A stretch of DNA of 64,000 bases from Candidatus Hydrogenedentota bacterium (GCA_963668025.2 CAXXTH010000009.1:128315-192314), one strand, 5' to 3'. Numbered from the stretch's first letter, positions 10,018 to 20,310 are shown. The notes: a model not told the origin generated them from the letters alone. Program-made: numbers and translations.

Positions 10018-11009
10018 CGCTTGACTTCAAAAGCGGTCTCATCGCTCGATTTTTTCATGAGAGTTTCGACTTCTTCCTTCGAGACATGGCCCACATCGCC
10101 CGGGACGGTGTGGTGCAGCGCACAAAAAGCGTTGCCGAAGTTCATCGCATACTCAGGATCGCCTGTAGTCAGATAGGCATACAGGAAGCTCGAACCCCAT
10201 GCATCGCCGCCGCCGAAGCGGTCGATTACATCAATAGTATGCTTTTTGCCGTGCAGCACCTGGCCGTCCGTATAGAGCATCGTATTCCATCCGCCGTGTA
10301 GGACGTCATAAACTTCGCGCAACGTGATCGCGACAATCTTGCAGCCGAACTCTTCGTGGAACTTCTTGATGATGTCTTCGTATGCCCCCTTGTAGCCGAA
10401 GACAATTTCCGAATCCCACTGGGTCGTGATCAGGATATCGGCATGTTTGATGATCTCGCTTTGCACGCGCCGGGCCTCCTCGGGGCTCCATAGGTGTTCG
10501 CGATAATTGACATCGAAGCCAATGAGGCAGCCTTGCCGTTTAGCGGCTTGAATGAATTCGAGAGCGGCTTCGGTGCAGTTCTTCGAAAGACCAGGAAAGA
10601 TGCCATCGGTGTACGCGAGCTTGGCTCCCTTGAGAATCGTGTCCCAATCAAAATCGCCTGGCGCGATGGTGCTGGCGGCTGAATTCTTACGATCATAGAC
10701 CACCGCGCTGGGGCGGGGGGTTGCGCCGAACTCGATATAATTCACGCCCAGGCGGGAACCATCCACCATCTGGATCAAGGAAGCATCCACACCGCAGCTC
10801 ATGTAATGGTCTTTCATGAGCAGGCCCAAGGCGTTGTTGGGCACTTTGGTGGCGAAGGTGGTTTTGAGTCCCAATCGCGCCATATTGCTGGCCACGTTGC
10901 CTTGCGAGCCGCATACATGCACATCAAACGTGTGCGCCCGGCGAATCCGTTCATAACGCGGAGGGGACAAACGCAGCATCCCTTCTCCTACTGTCACCAC
11001 ATCAAACAT
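10014..11009 (-). CDS. kdgK: PfkB family sugar kinase, 2-keto-3-deoxygluconate kinase-like
   Basis: GEGMLRLSPP, VVYDRKNSA, FDVNYREHLW, DRFGGGDAW. Confidence 0.82.
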   Translation of the reverse strand: MFDVVTVGEGMLRLSPPRYERIRRAHTFDVHVCGSQGNVASNMARLGLKTTFATKVPNNALGLLMKDHYMSCGVDASLIQMVDGSRLGVNYIEFGATPRPSAVVYDRKNSAASTIAPGDFDWDTILKGAKLAYTDGIFPGLSKNCTEAALEFIQAAKRQGCLIGFDVNYREHLWSPEEARRVQSEIIKHADILITTQWDSEIVFGYKGAYEDIIKKFHEEFGCKIVAITLREVYDVLHGGWNTMLYTDGQVLHGKKHTIDVIDRFGGGDAWGSSFLYAYLTTGDPEYAMNFGNAFCALHHTVPGDVGHVSKEEVETLMKKSSDETAFEVKR

Positions 11010-11070
11010 GCTGTTTTTCTCCTAGCATCTATTGTTGTTTGTTGGTACTGCATATGTTTCAGCGCCTATC

Positions 11071-12243
11071 TCAGCGCGGGGTCGCGTCGGGAAGTCCGCC
11101 GTCAATTGGAATCGTTGCACCCGTAGTGGGCGTTTGATGGGTTACGAAGAACAGCACCGCATTGGCCACATGGCGCGATGTCACACGCATCTTGAGCAGG
11201 TTGCGGTTTCGGTAGTATTCTTCTAGTCCACCTTCATCGAGTCCGCGCGCTTTCATCCGATCCGGCCCCACCGTGGCCCAGAGGCCCGATTTGGTCTTAC
11301 CGTCGTCCGAGAAAACGCCATCGGGAGCGACCATGTTAACTCGGATGCCAAACTCGGCTAGTTCCAGGCTGGCGATGCGGGCAAGCTGGTGGCTGGCGGC
11401 TTTAGTCGCGCTGTATGCTCCGAACCGCGCTCCGGGCGCGAAGACGTTCTTGGTCGAAACGAGTACGATATCGCCGCCTGTATGTTGGAGCTGCATAATC
11501 CGTGCTGCTTCGGCCAGCGTCAGCAATGTGCCATCCACATTGACCTGCTCTAATTTTTGGAAGGCCGCTAGTGTCAATTCGGTGAGCGCAGCCACATGGG
11601 CGATCCCCGCATTGAGGACGACGATGTCCACCCCGCCCCAGGCCAAACAAATTTGCGTAAAGCCATGTTTGACAGATTCTTCACTGGTGACGTCAATGGG
11701 CGTTGCGATGATACGCTGGCCAAACTCGGCTTCGAACTCATCTCTAAAATGCTCCAGCGCTTCTCCTGGCAAATCAGCTCCGGCCACATACGCGCCTTGC
11801 TCCAGCAACCGCCGGCAGATGCCCCGGCCGATAGCCCCGGCTGCTCCGGTCACCAGCGCCACACGTTGATGGAGTGGGAGGGATGATGTTGCGGCGTCTT
11901 CAGGCGCGGGCATCACAATGCCCCGCTGGCGCACGCACACCGCCGTTGGGCTTGCACCATGCTCCTGTGTGAATTGTGTAAAGGCCTCTGCCGCTTGCCC
12001 ACGCCAGGATTGCGGTGTTTCACCTTCCGCCATCGGCTCCACCACCAACGGCGGCTGGTTCAGCGATGCGGGCAACGCGGCCTTGCCTGGGCCTTCGGCG
12101 TACTCCCTTGATTCCGGATCCGTCATTGTTCTCAAGATCACAGGCTGCCAGGGCACATCGGCGTCACCGGTGGGCTGGGCGAACAGCCCGCGCAAGGCGG
12201 GGGCTAATGCGCCTAACATGCATTCGGCCATCGCGTTGCTCAT
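11071..12243 (-). CDS. SDR oxidoreductase resembling the C-terminal domain of bifunctional aldolase/dehydrogenases (RhaEW-like), with a shortened N-terminal domain
   Basis: VALVTGAAGAIG, VLNAGI, YSATK, C-terminal TTGATIPIDGGLPDATPR. Confidence 0.8.
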   Translation of the reverse strand: MSNAMAECMLGALAPALRGLFAQPTGDADVPWQPVILRTMTDPESREYAEGPGKAALPASLNQPPLVVEPMAEGETPQSWRGQAAEAFTQFTQEHGASPTAVCVRQRGIVMPAPEDAATSSLPLHQRVALVTGAAGAIGRGICRRLLEQGAYVAGADLPGEALEHFRDEFEAEFGQRIIATPIDVTSEESVKHGFTQICLAWGGVDIVVLNAGIAHVAALTELTLAAFQKLEQVNVDGTLLTLAEAARIMQLQHTGGDIVLVSTKNVFAPGARFGAYSATKAASHQLARIASLELAEFGIRVNMVAPDGVFSDDGKTKSGLWATVGPDRMKARGLDEGGLEEYYRNRNLLKMRVTSRHVANAVLFFVTHQTPTTGATIPIDGGLPDATPR

Positions 12244-12548
12244 GATGATGGCTCCGAGGCTTTCGGGAAGGCCTTGAGCGTGGGCAGCACTTCAGACCAC
12301 TCGAAGACTCCCGCTCGCATATAGGGGTCGGAGGCCATCAAGGCTTTGGCGTTTTCGAGTGTTTCGGCCTCGAAGATGATTAGTGAGCCGATAGACTTGC
12401 TCGTGTCACTATTTTTTAAAGGACCAGCGAAGAGAAGGCAGCCTGAGGCGTCCAGCCGCGCCATGTGCGCCAAATGCGCATCCCGGTTTGCGGTGCGTAA
12501 ATCGCCGCCCTCTAGCTTGTCTTTTGCATATAAAACAAAAATACACAT
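12240..12548 (-). CDS. YciI family protein (dimeric alpha+beta barrel)
   Basis: R..NRDAHL, FAGPL, GSLIIFEA, DPY..AGVF. Confidence 0.88.
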   Translation of the reverse strand: MCIFVLYAKDKLEGGDLRTANRDAHLAHMARLDASGCLLFAGPLKNSDTSKSIGSLIIFEAETLENAKALMASDPYMRAGVFEWSEVLPTLKAFPKASEPSS

Positions 12549-12568
12549 CTATCATCGCTCCTGTTGCG

Positions 12569-13456
12569 TTAGTTTGCCCGTTCGCTTTGGCGAAGCTCTT
12601 GCCATAGGGCGTATGCGTCCTTGGGCTTCATGTTTTCATGCACGACACGCGCGACTACTTCCATCATGGACTTGGGCGCATCGCTTTGGAAAATGTTGCG
12701 TCCCATGTCCACGCCAGACGCCCCGCCCTGGATGGCGTTGTAGGCCATCGTCAGCGCGTCCAATTCCGGCAGCTTTTTGCCTCCGGCCATCACGATCGGC
12801 ACGGGGCACGAGGAGGTGATCGTTTCAAAATCCTCGTCCACGTAATAAGTCTTGACGAGATTTGCGCCCAATTCGGCACAGATGCGGCAGGCCAGGCGGA
12901 AGTATCTAGCGTCGCGCACCATATCCTTGCCCACGGCGGTCACGGCCATCGTCGGGATGCCATATTTGAAACCCAAATCCACCAGCCGGGTCATGTTATG
13001 CACCGAGCGGGTCTCAAATTCACCCCCGATGAATACCTGCAAGGTCAGAGCGGAGACATTCATGCGAATGGCGTCTTCAATGTCCACTGCTAGTTCTTCG
13101 TTGGAGAGTTCCTTGAGGATCGATGGGCCGCCCGAGCAGCGCATCACAATCGGCTTGTTGAGTGTGGGTGGCACGACGCTGCGTAAGATGCCCCGGGTCA
13201 GCATCAGCGCGTCGGCCTGCGGCATCAACGGCACGATGCTCAAATCCACCCGTTCCAGCCCTGTTGTGGGCCCTTGGAAGTACCCATGGTCAATGGCCAG
13301 CATCACCGTGCGGCCCGTCGATGGGCGGAAAATGCGCGATAAACGATCTTTCATTCCCCAATCGAGGTTTTGTGCGCCTTTCAAGAAAAAGCCATCGCTT
13401 TTCTGGGGAATATCGGCATAGAACCTTTTCGCTTCTTTTTCATCTGCTTCCGGCAT
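12569..13456 (-). CDS. lsrF: LsrF-type 3-hydroxy-5-phosphonooxypentane-2,4-dione thiolase (class I aldolase fold)
   Basis: [51 protein letters not shown]. Confidence 0.9.
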   Translation of the reverse strand: MPEADEKEAKRFYADIPQKSDGFFLKGAQNLDWGMKDRLSRIFRPSTGRTVMLAIDHGYFQGPTTGLERVDLSIVPLMPQADALMLTRGILRSVVPPTLNKPIVMRCSGGPSILKELSNEELAVDIEDAIRMNVSALTLQVFIGGEFETRSVHNMTRLVDLGFKYGIPTMAVTAVGKDMVRDARYFRLACRICAELGANLVKTYYVDEDFETITSSCPVPIVMAGGKKLPELDALTMAYNAIQGGASGVDMGRNIFQSDAPKSMMEVVARVVHENMKPKDAYALWQELRQSERAN

Positions 13457-13501
13457 GTTCGCTGTTCCTTTCTATCTAGATTTCTTGAACGGAGTGCATG
13501 G

Positions 13502-14203
13502 CTACTCGAGGACATCCGCCAAGTCTTCCGCACGCCCATATTTATATAGATAGCGGTGGCGTTCTTCGCGCCACAACGTCTCGGGGATCTCAACCACTCC
13601 GCCTATCGCTTGGACCTGAATGAGAATCTGCGCCGCTTTTTCGACAAACCGGCAGCAGACGACGGCCTCATCCATTGTGCGCCCGCCACAAATCACGCCA
13701 TGATTGCCCATGAGCACCGCGCACGCATCGGGGCCGATGGCCGCTCGGGCCGCCGCCGCCAGTTCCTTGTGGCGGCCCGCGGGAACATAAGGTGCGCAAT
13801 TGACTTGGCCTCCGATCACTTCGGCCATGTCATCGCTCAAGACGGGGATCGCCTTGTGGGCGCAGGCGACGGCCGAGCTCCAAGGAGCGTGGTGGTGAAT
13901 CAGCACGGCAAGATCGGGCCGTTCGAGCATGATCTGGCGGTGAAGCTCCGTCTCGCTGGTGGGCACGCGCTCGCCCTTGAGCTTCTTGCCTTCCCAGGAG
14001 ACCAGCGCCAAATCTTCCGGCGTAAGTTCCTCGTAGTTGACGCGCGAGGGCGTAACTAGCAATCCCTCTTCCGTGCGCACCGACATATTGCCCCAGGTGC
14101 CGACGAAGTACGCAAGCGTATCGCGCATGAAAAAACAAGTCTCCAATACGCGGCGACGCAGTTCGACGGTATCCGCAAGCGGCTGGATAGGTTCATTTGC
14201 CAT
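13502..14203 (-). CDS. Class II aldolase/adducin family (L-fuculose-1-phosphate aldolase-like)
   Basis: GNMSVR, VTPS, PTSETELH, IHHH, MGNHG. Confidence 0.88.
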   Translation of the reverse strand: MANEPIQPLADTVELRRRVLETCFFMRDTLAYFVGTWGNMSVRTEEGLLVTPSRVNYEELTPEDLALVSWEGKKLKGERVPTSETELHRQIMLERPDLAVLIHHHAPWSSAVACAHKAIPVLSDDMAEVIGGQVNCAPYVPAGRHKELAAAARAAIGPDACAVLMGNHGVICGGRTMDEAVVCCRFVEKAAQILIQVQAIGGVVEIPETLWREERHRYLYKYGRAEDLADVLE

Positions 14204-14205
14204 GG

Positions 14206-15369
14206 TTATTCCTTCCGATCTTTTTGGGTGAAATCCGCCAGCCATTGGCTGTCCCATAGCGAGGGAAATGAATGCGCCTCGTATGGGTGGGCGGCAATAG
14301 CGGCTTCATCGAGTTCAATGCCGAGTCCAGGGCCTTCTGGTAGCCTGAACTCACCATGCTGGACGGGCTCCCAGCCGCACACGAAGCTATTGCGCCAGGG
14401 CACATCGTATTGGGAGAAATTCTCTTGCATCCAAACCTGCGGCGTAGCCCATCCGAAATGCAGCGCCGCACAAAGCGCCACCGGGCCCACGGACACGTGC
14501 GGGGAAAGCCGGATATCTTGCGCTTGAGCCATAGCGGCGATTTTCTTGCCCATCCACAGCCCGCCGCAGTGCGAGAGATCCGGTTGAAGCACGTCCATCG
14601 CACGCATGGCGCAAGCCCGCCAGAATTCCTCCAATGTATAGAGCCGCTCCCCGGCGGCAATGGGATACGGCAGCGCCTGCTTGACTTCCATGAGCAAATC
14701 CAGGCTGTTGGGTGACACCGGCTCTTCGAAGAACGCCGGGCGGTATTTTCCGAGCCGACGCCCTATCTCGATGGCGCATCCAGCCGACAAGCGCCCGTGG
14801 CCTTCAAGCAAGAGTTCGATGTGTGCGCCGATGGCGCTGCGGACAACCGCGACCCGTTCCTCGGCCACGTCCATTTCCTCGCGTGTCATATCCTTCCAGG
14901 CGGTGCCAAACGGATCGAGCTTCATGCCTCGATAGCCCAGTGATACGACATCCTTCGCTTTTTCCGCATATTCTTCCGGAGTGTGTGCGCCACCATACCA
15001 GCCATTGGCATAGGCTGGGAGAGAGCGCCTCGCACGGCCGCCCAGCAATTGGTAAACGGGAACCTTAAGCGCTTTGCCCAGAATGTCCCACATGGCGATC
15101 TCGACGGCGCTGATCGCGGTCATCACGGTCGAGCCGCCTTGATACTGATCCCGGATTAGCGCACTTACGACCGCTTCGAGCTCAGACGGGTCTTTGCCCA
15201 TAATGCGGCTTTCAACCCATTCATGCAGCAGTGTCTGCACAGTCTTTTCTTGCCATTCCAGCGAGGCTTCTCCCAGGCCGGTCAGGCCCCGGTCCGTGGT
15301 AAGGCGCACGAACAGGTAGTTACGAAGGCCTGAGTTTGCAAGGAACGTTTCGAGTTTCGTGATCTTCAT
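14206..15369 (-). CDS. Mandelate racemase/enolase-superfamily acid-sugar dehydratase (galactonate dehydratase-like)
   Basis: EIAMWDILGK, PVYQLLGG, YANGW, FEEP, AAGE, QPDLSHCGG, PGLGIE. Confidence 0.88.
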   Translation of the reverse strand: MKITKLETFLANSGLRNYLFVRLTTDRGLTGLGEASLEWQEKTVQTLLHEWVESRIMGKDPSELEAVVSALIRDQYQGGSTVMTAISAVEIAMWDILGKALKVPVYQLLGGRARRSLPAYANGWYGGAHTPEEYAEKAKDVVSLGYRGMKLDPFGTAWKDMTREEMDVAEERVAVVRSAIGAHIELLLEGHGRLSAGCAIEIGRRLGKYRPAFFEEPVSPNSLDLLMEVKQALPYPIAAGERLYTLEEFWRACAMRAMDVLQPDLSHCGGLWMGKKIAAMAQAQDIRLSPHVSVGPVALCAALHFGWATPQVWMQENFSQYDVPWRNSFVCGWEPVQHGEFRLPEGPGLGIELDEAAIAAHPYEAHSFPSLWDSQWLADFTQKDRKE

Positions 15370-15383
15370 GAGTGTTCCGCCTT

Positions 15384-16454
15384 TCAGGCTCCTAGCAAAA
15401 CACGTGCGATGGCCTCGATGGCCGTCTTGTCACCACGGAAGGCCCACACCTGGCTATTCTCTTCGGTGGCGAACTGTCCCTCATGCGCGGCAATCGCTGG
15501 TGCGTGATATTCCATCTCGCAGAAGTCGCCCAGCGCGCTCTCGATATTCACGGCATTGATCGCATAACCTAGGTCTGCCGGGTCGCCCTTGGGCACATCC
15601 ACATATTCGCCAGAGGGATTAACGTGAAAGTTGCGCACCACCAGCGACCATTGCTCGCCTTGCGGATACAGGTAGCCCACTCGGCCGCAGATGGCTGCCG
15701 CGCGTATGGCGATTTTATGTTCACCAGGATAGGTCACGCTCCAGCGAAGCAGCCGATCACCAATGCTCATTTTATCCGCGGGCAGCTCGCCGAAAAGCGC
15801 CAGCGGTTCGGTTTTGTAATAGGTCGGCACGATCAGCTCGCCTCCATGGGGCAACTGAATCAAGTTCCAGATGCCTAGCGCGGTGGGATTCTTCTCTGCT
15901 TCTCCTAGTAGCGCCAGTGTCGTGCGCTGCGTGTAACCGGCATATGCGACGTTCTCTAGAAGCGAAGCATATTCTTGTTCATGACGCAATGGGCATGCGG
16001 CGGCGCTTAGCGTTTTGGATAGTTCAAGCTCGACCGTGCGGCAGGGCCGGGCCAGCTCGAGCTGCATGCGCTGCGCCAAGCGAAGCCCTGCGCCTGAGTG
16101 AGATATTGTATATTCACTTGCGTCCAATTGGGGTGGCTCCCAATGCGCCTGGCACTTGGGATAATCGGGAAAGAAGATATCCAGTTCGGGTGAAATCCAG
16201 GTGCGGTCGCCGCCGGTGTTATGCCAGCCCTCGCTGGCAAACAGCGCTTTGGCCTCGGAAGGCTCCTCCAACGCTTGATTGGCCCAGTAAAAATTCACTT
16301 CACTATTTGCAGGATACAACCCCAGCACGCGCGCGCCATGCGGCAATACAAGCAGCTTCGCGCCGTCTGTGCACGTATACACATGCGCCTCTTTGCCTGC
16401 CGCCGCCAGCCCCGCGAGCAGCGTATGCATCGTTCCTTCAGCCATGAGTTTCAT
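15384..16454 (-). CDS. Uncharacterised protein, probable galactose-mutarotase-like beta-sandwich
   Basis: GARVLGL and WHNTGGDRTWISPE; C-terminal CEMEYHAP; operonic position. Confidence 0.55.
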   Translation of the reverse strand: MKLMAEGTMHTLLAGLAAAGKEAHVYTCTDGAKLLVLPHGARVLGLYPANSEVNFYWANQALEEPSEAKALFASEGWHNTGGDRTWISPELDIFFPDYPKCQAHWEPPQLDASEYTISHSGAGLRLAQRMQLELARPCRTVELELSKTLSAAACPLRHEQEYASLLENVAYAGYTQRTTLALLGEAEKNPTALGIWNLIQLPHGGELIVPTYYKTEPLALFGELPADKMSIGDRLLRWSVTYPGEHKIAIRAAAICGRVGYLYPQGEQWSLVVRNFHVNPSGEYVDVPKGDPADLGYAINAVNIESALGDFCEMEYHAPAIAAHEGQFATEENSQVWAFRGDKTAIEAIARVLLGA

Positions 16455-16475
16455 CGTCGAGTTCCTTGATTGATG

Positions 16476-17540
16476 TCAGTTCGCCAGCGTGTTGCTCCAG
16501 GCCAGGATGATTACGGCCACCACCAGAATCGCCAGTGCTAGATACATCTGCATGCGTGGTTTGCCTAAAATGCCGCGCCATTCGCCTGAGATGAATCCTA
16601 CCGCCTGATTGCCCATAATCTGCATCGTCTGTTGGATCGCAAATCCCACCGATGCGCCCAAGACGCCCAGCAGCAGCATTCCCCTGCCCATTAAGTTCAC
16701 CGCCACGATGAATTGAACGCCGATTACGCAGGCAAGGAGCATCTCGGGAATGTTCGCAAAAAGCACGCCCCAGTTTTTGTTTTTGGTCATCAGGTAGGCG
16801 GGGAAGAGGATATTCACGGCGGCGCCGCTCATCAGCGCCGCCGCCCAAACCCCCATATTGGCCGCTAAATCGCCCGCCCCCTGCGCTTTTATGCCTTCCA
16901 CTATCGGGCCTTGGGCATATACGAAACTGAGCGAAAGCCCGGCTGATGTTACGCCCGCGATCACGGTCATGATTAATCCGCCCAAGAATCCGCCTTTGCC
17001 ATGCTTAGCAGCGTTCCCGGGATTTTGAGAATGGTTCCCGTTTTTCTGGAGCGCCTGGTTCCGGCCAAATCCGGCTAGAGAGGAAAACACCACTCCTATC
17101 AGCATGACGCCTAGGGCAAGCAAGATCACTTTTCCGCTATTCGAGGAGAGGTCTGGGGCGTTGCGGAATAATCCGGTTCCCTTCATCACCATCGGCAGTA
17201 TGGTTCCGGCAATCACGCCAAATCCGGTCATAATAGCGCCGGTCAGCGCCGCGCCGATCCGCTCGACACATAGGCCATATAGCACATTGGCTATTCCCCA
17301 GGCCAGCGCGAACAGGTTGGCTTTGAGCAATACGCCCCAGCCTACACTCGCGTAAACGGAAAACGCGTGGGGAACGCTTACAAGCACCACAATCCAGGGA
17401 ACGAGAAACAAGGCCACCAGCATGGCCACAAACCAGTAATGCTCGAATTGAAGCCGCCGCATCATTTTCATTGGCCACATGATGCTGCCCGTTCCCAAGC
17501 CCGCCAGCATCACCAAACAGATTCCGAGCATTGTTTCCAT
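16476..17540 (-). CDS. RhaT-type L-rhamnose/proton symporter family transporter
   Basis: About 10 hydrophobic helices; PMKMMRRLQFEHYW; C-terminal GEWRG. Confidence 0.8.
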   Translation of the reverse strand: METMLGICLVMLAGLGTGSIMWPMKMMRRLQFEHYWFVAMLVALFLVPWIVVLVSVPHAFSVYASVGWGVLLKANLFALAWGIANVLYGLCVERIGAALTGAIMTGFGVIAGTILPMVMKGTGLFRNAPDLSSNSGKVILLALGVMLIGVVFSSLAGFGRNQALQKNGNHSQNPGNAAKHGKGGFLGGLIMTVIAGVTSAGLSLSFVYAQGPIVEGIKAQGAGDLAANMGVWAAALMSGAAVNILFPAYLMTKNKNWGVLFANIPEMLLACVIGVQFIVAVNLMGRGMLLLGVLGASVGFAIQQTMQIMGNQAVGFISGEWRGILGKPRMQMYLALAILVVAVIILAWSNTLAN

Positions 17541-17643
17541 GTTTACCGCGCCCCCTGTAATCGTTTTTTCATATCACCGGCCATTGAAATGCTGGCCAAT
17601 CTCAAAAAATCATTTTCTCCATACCTCAATAGCACCGGAACAC

Positions 17644-18702
17644 CTAGCGCTTCGAACGGGCGGTAGCGGGATTTGAGGAACGGCGAATGATCAATTCCTC
17701 TCCAGCTACGATGTGCTGGATGGGCGCCTGTTCCGGATCCTCAATCAATCGAATCACCGTTTCCGCTGCCAGCTTTCCAAGTTCCTCAATGGGTTCATGA
17801 ACGGTCGATAAGCTGATTCCAGCGTGGTCTGTCATAAACAAATCCCCGAGGCCAACCATCGCAACATCCTCCGGCACGCGAATCCCCATGCGCGCGAAGA
17901 TATCTAGAATAGAAATCGCCAATGCATCCGACGAAACGAACAAGGCATCGGGATGCTTGCCCGGGCCGGAGAATATTCTATCCACCATGGATTCAATTCG
18001 GGCTTCCACATAATAGGAGAAGTCGAAAAACTCCCAGGCAATCCATTTATCGACAACAGGAATGTCTGCTTGCTTCATGCAATCCAGAAAGACTTCAAAC
18101 CGTTTTTTCGTCCACACGGTTTGGTGATCAGCGCCAATGAAACCTATACGCCGCCGTCCCGTTTGAATGAGGTGCTCCATGGCCACTTGCGTGGCCCGGC
18201 CCGCATCCCACAAGACATAATTGACATCTTGCATATCAGGCAGCACATCACTCAGGAATACCAAAGGAACGCCTCGTTTGATAATCTGCTGGTAAAGGGC
18301 TTTATTAAAAGGCATGGGCATGCAAATGATGGCGTCCACCCGGCGCTGGAGCATCGAGTTTATTTCCCGTTCCTCCCGCTTGGCGTCCCAATAACTCATC
18401 GATAGAAAGGGCGTATAACCCACGCTATCAAAAGCTGGCAGCATCCCCACCAGAATACGTTCGATCCAGTTGTAGCCTAAGCCGCGCGACACAAGCCCGA
18501 TGACTCCTGACTGGCGCATGCGCAAACTTCGAGCCAGCTCATTCGGAACATACCCAAGCTTTTGGGCCATTTCCATAACGTTTTCAGCCGTAGCCGCCGA
18601 AATATTCCGCTGTTCCGCTTGGCCGTTTAACACATAAGAAACCGTAGCGCGGGAAATCCCCAGCTTGCGCGCGATGGTGGTTGATGTAACGTTCTTAGGC
18701 AT
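17644..18702 (-). CDS. LacI family transcriptional regulator
   Basis: IARKLGISRATVSYVLNG HTH, GYVPNELARSL, RVPEDVAMVG. Confidence 0.95.
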   Translation of the reverse strand: MPKNVTSTTIARKLGISRATVSYVLNGQAEQRNISAATAENVMEMAQKLGYVPNELARSLRMRQSGVIGLVSRGLGYNWIERILVGMLPAFDSVGYTPFLSMSYWDAKREEREINSMLQRRVDAIICMPMPFNKALYQQIIKRGVPLVFLSDVLPDMQDVNYVLWDAGRATQVAMEHLIQTGRRRIGFIGADHQTVWTKKRFEVFLDCMKQADIPVVDKWIAWEFFDFSYYVEARIESMVDRIFSGPGKHPDALFVSSDALAISILDIFARMGIRVPEDVAMVGLGDLFMTDHAGISLSTVHEPIEELGKLAAETVIRLIEDPEQAPIQHIVAGEELIIRRSSNPATARSKR

Positions 18703-18824
18703 CTAGACTCCATTCTGGCCACGAATTGGCTTGGACTGGAAAACACAAATCGGTATTGATATAGGTTATCAAACTAAACTAGCGCATATTTTCACGATTG
18801 TTCTTTTGATTCATTAAACTGAGA

Positions 18825-18836
18825 TTACACGTGTAA
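18825..18836. promoter_or_regulatory. Candidate LacI-family operator
   Basis: Perfect 12-bp palindrome TTACACGTGTAA with central CG, in AT-rich DNA ~120 bp upstream of the lacI-like gene. Confidence 0.45.
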
Positions 18837-19308
18837 GTAGCGTCTAAATGTACATCATCCCCAGCAGTATGTCAAGCGGAATCTTCATCTCCGCGCCGAA
18901 ATAATCCCATGCGCTCAAACCCCGATGAAGTTGACAACAAATCAATGTATTCCTACAGCCGTCTGTATGCTCGAAAGCCCTGTGAGGCGGATGCATGTAC
19001 GGCAGTAGCCGGCGCATCTGCGGCCATGCGAAGGGCTTCTTTGGAAGTGTTTTTACCTGGTAGCCACGAAAAGTAGCCCCAACCGCCAAAGATGTCATGA
19101 AGTATCCAAACATGGTTCGCAATTGAGGTGAAGCGCCGGTGGAAGGCGGCGTTGGTGATCTTTCAGCAGTATAGCCGGATGATCTCGATTACAGTAGAGC
19201 GTAACCCGTGTGACTCAAAAGTCTTCTCGGCACACGCTGTCCTTGACTCATTTCGGAAAACGCGTTACTGTTTCATCCTTCTGTGTTATTCGGAGGAAAA
19301 GGGAACTC

Positions 19309-20211
19309 ATGAGACCTGGAACCGTACTCGATCAAATCGGCAATACGCCTTTAGTCACCCTCGATGGATTGACCGGGGCGCATATTTATGCCAAAGCGGA
19401 ATACCTGAATCCCGGGGGGAGCATCAAGGACCGGATTGCCCGGTTCATGCTTGAGGAAGCCGTCCGCCGAGGCGATTTGCGGCCAGGCATGACCATCATG
19501 GAACCGACCTCAGGGAACACGGGCATCGGAATGGCACTTGTTGGGTTGCGCATGGGCTATCAGGTAGTCATCGTCATGCCCGGGAATATGAGCGAAGAAC
19601 GCAAGAAGATTATCGCCGCCCTCGGTGCCGGTTTGATCTTGACACCGTCTGAAGAGAATATTGCAGGGGCGGTCCGCGAGGTGGAGAGACGCCGGAAGAT
19701 GGACAAGAATATATATGTGCCACAGCAATTCGAGAATCCGGACAATGCCCGCACCCATTTCCTTACCACGGGGCCGGAATTGTGGAACCAGATGGACCGG
19801 CACGTCGATGTATTCGTATCGGGCCTGGGTTCGGGCGGCACGCTGCAAGGCATAGGCTCGTTTCTCAAAGAACGCGACCCACATACACATATCGTCGCGG
19901 TGGAACCGAAAAACGTTTCGGCCCTCCTTGGCCATGAACCTGGCTTGCACAAGATCCAGGGAATCGGCGACGGCTTTGTACCGGCCATCCTCGATCCAAC
20001 GCTTGTCGACGAGGTCGTCGAGGTGACCGACGAAGATGCCATCATCATGGCGCAGCGCCTGGCCCGGGAAGCAGGTTTGCTCGTCGGCGTGTCATCAGGC
20101 GCGAATGTGTGGGCCGCTGTGAAATGCGCGGAACGCTTCGGCCCGGACAAGGCCATTGGCACCATTCTGCCAGACCGGGCGGAACGTTATTTCTCGACAA
20201 GCCTCATCTGA
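19309..20211 (+). CDS. cysK: Cysteine synthase (O-acetylserine sulfhydrylase)
   Basis: IGNTPLV, NPGGSIKDR (PLP Lys), EPTSGNTGIG, HKIQGIG, PDRAERY. Confidence 0.93.
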   Translation: MRPGTVLDQIGNTPLVTLDGLTGAHIYAKAEYLNPGGSIKDRIARFMLEEAVRRGDLRPGMTIMEPTSGNTGIGMALVGLRMGYQVVIVMPGNMSEERKKIIAALGAGLILTPSEENIAGAVREVERRRKMDKNIYVPQQFENPDNARTHFLTTGPELWNQMDRHVDVFVSGLGSGGTLQGIGSFLKERDPHTHIVAVEPKNVSALLGHEPGLHKIQGIGDGFVPAILDPTLVDEVVEVTDEDAIIMAQRLAREAGLLVGVSSGANVWAAVKCAERFGPDKAIGTILPDRAERYFSTSLI

Positions 20212-20310
20212 GTCTGTTTATGTTTAGCCGATCTCATGTCCACGGTTTCGATCTCGATATGTTCCTCTCCAGAAAGGCTGGACTTGTAACCGAGTAGAGT
20301 GAAGAAGTCC

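Noticed and set aside
12569-13456. Complete AI-2 (Lsr) quorum-sensing system
   Set aside because: No lsrK, lsrR, lsrG or lsrACDB in the window.
18844-19300. Small ORFs or a riboswitch upstream of cysK
   Set aside because: No recognisable protein motif, and no SAM or T-box consensus that I could identify; an Rfam scan would be needed.
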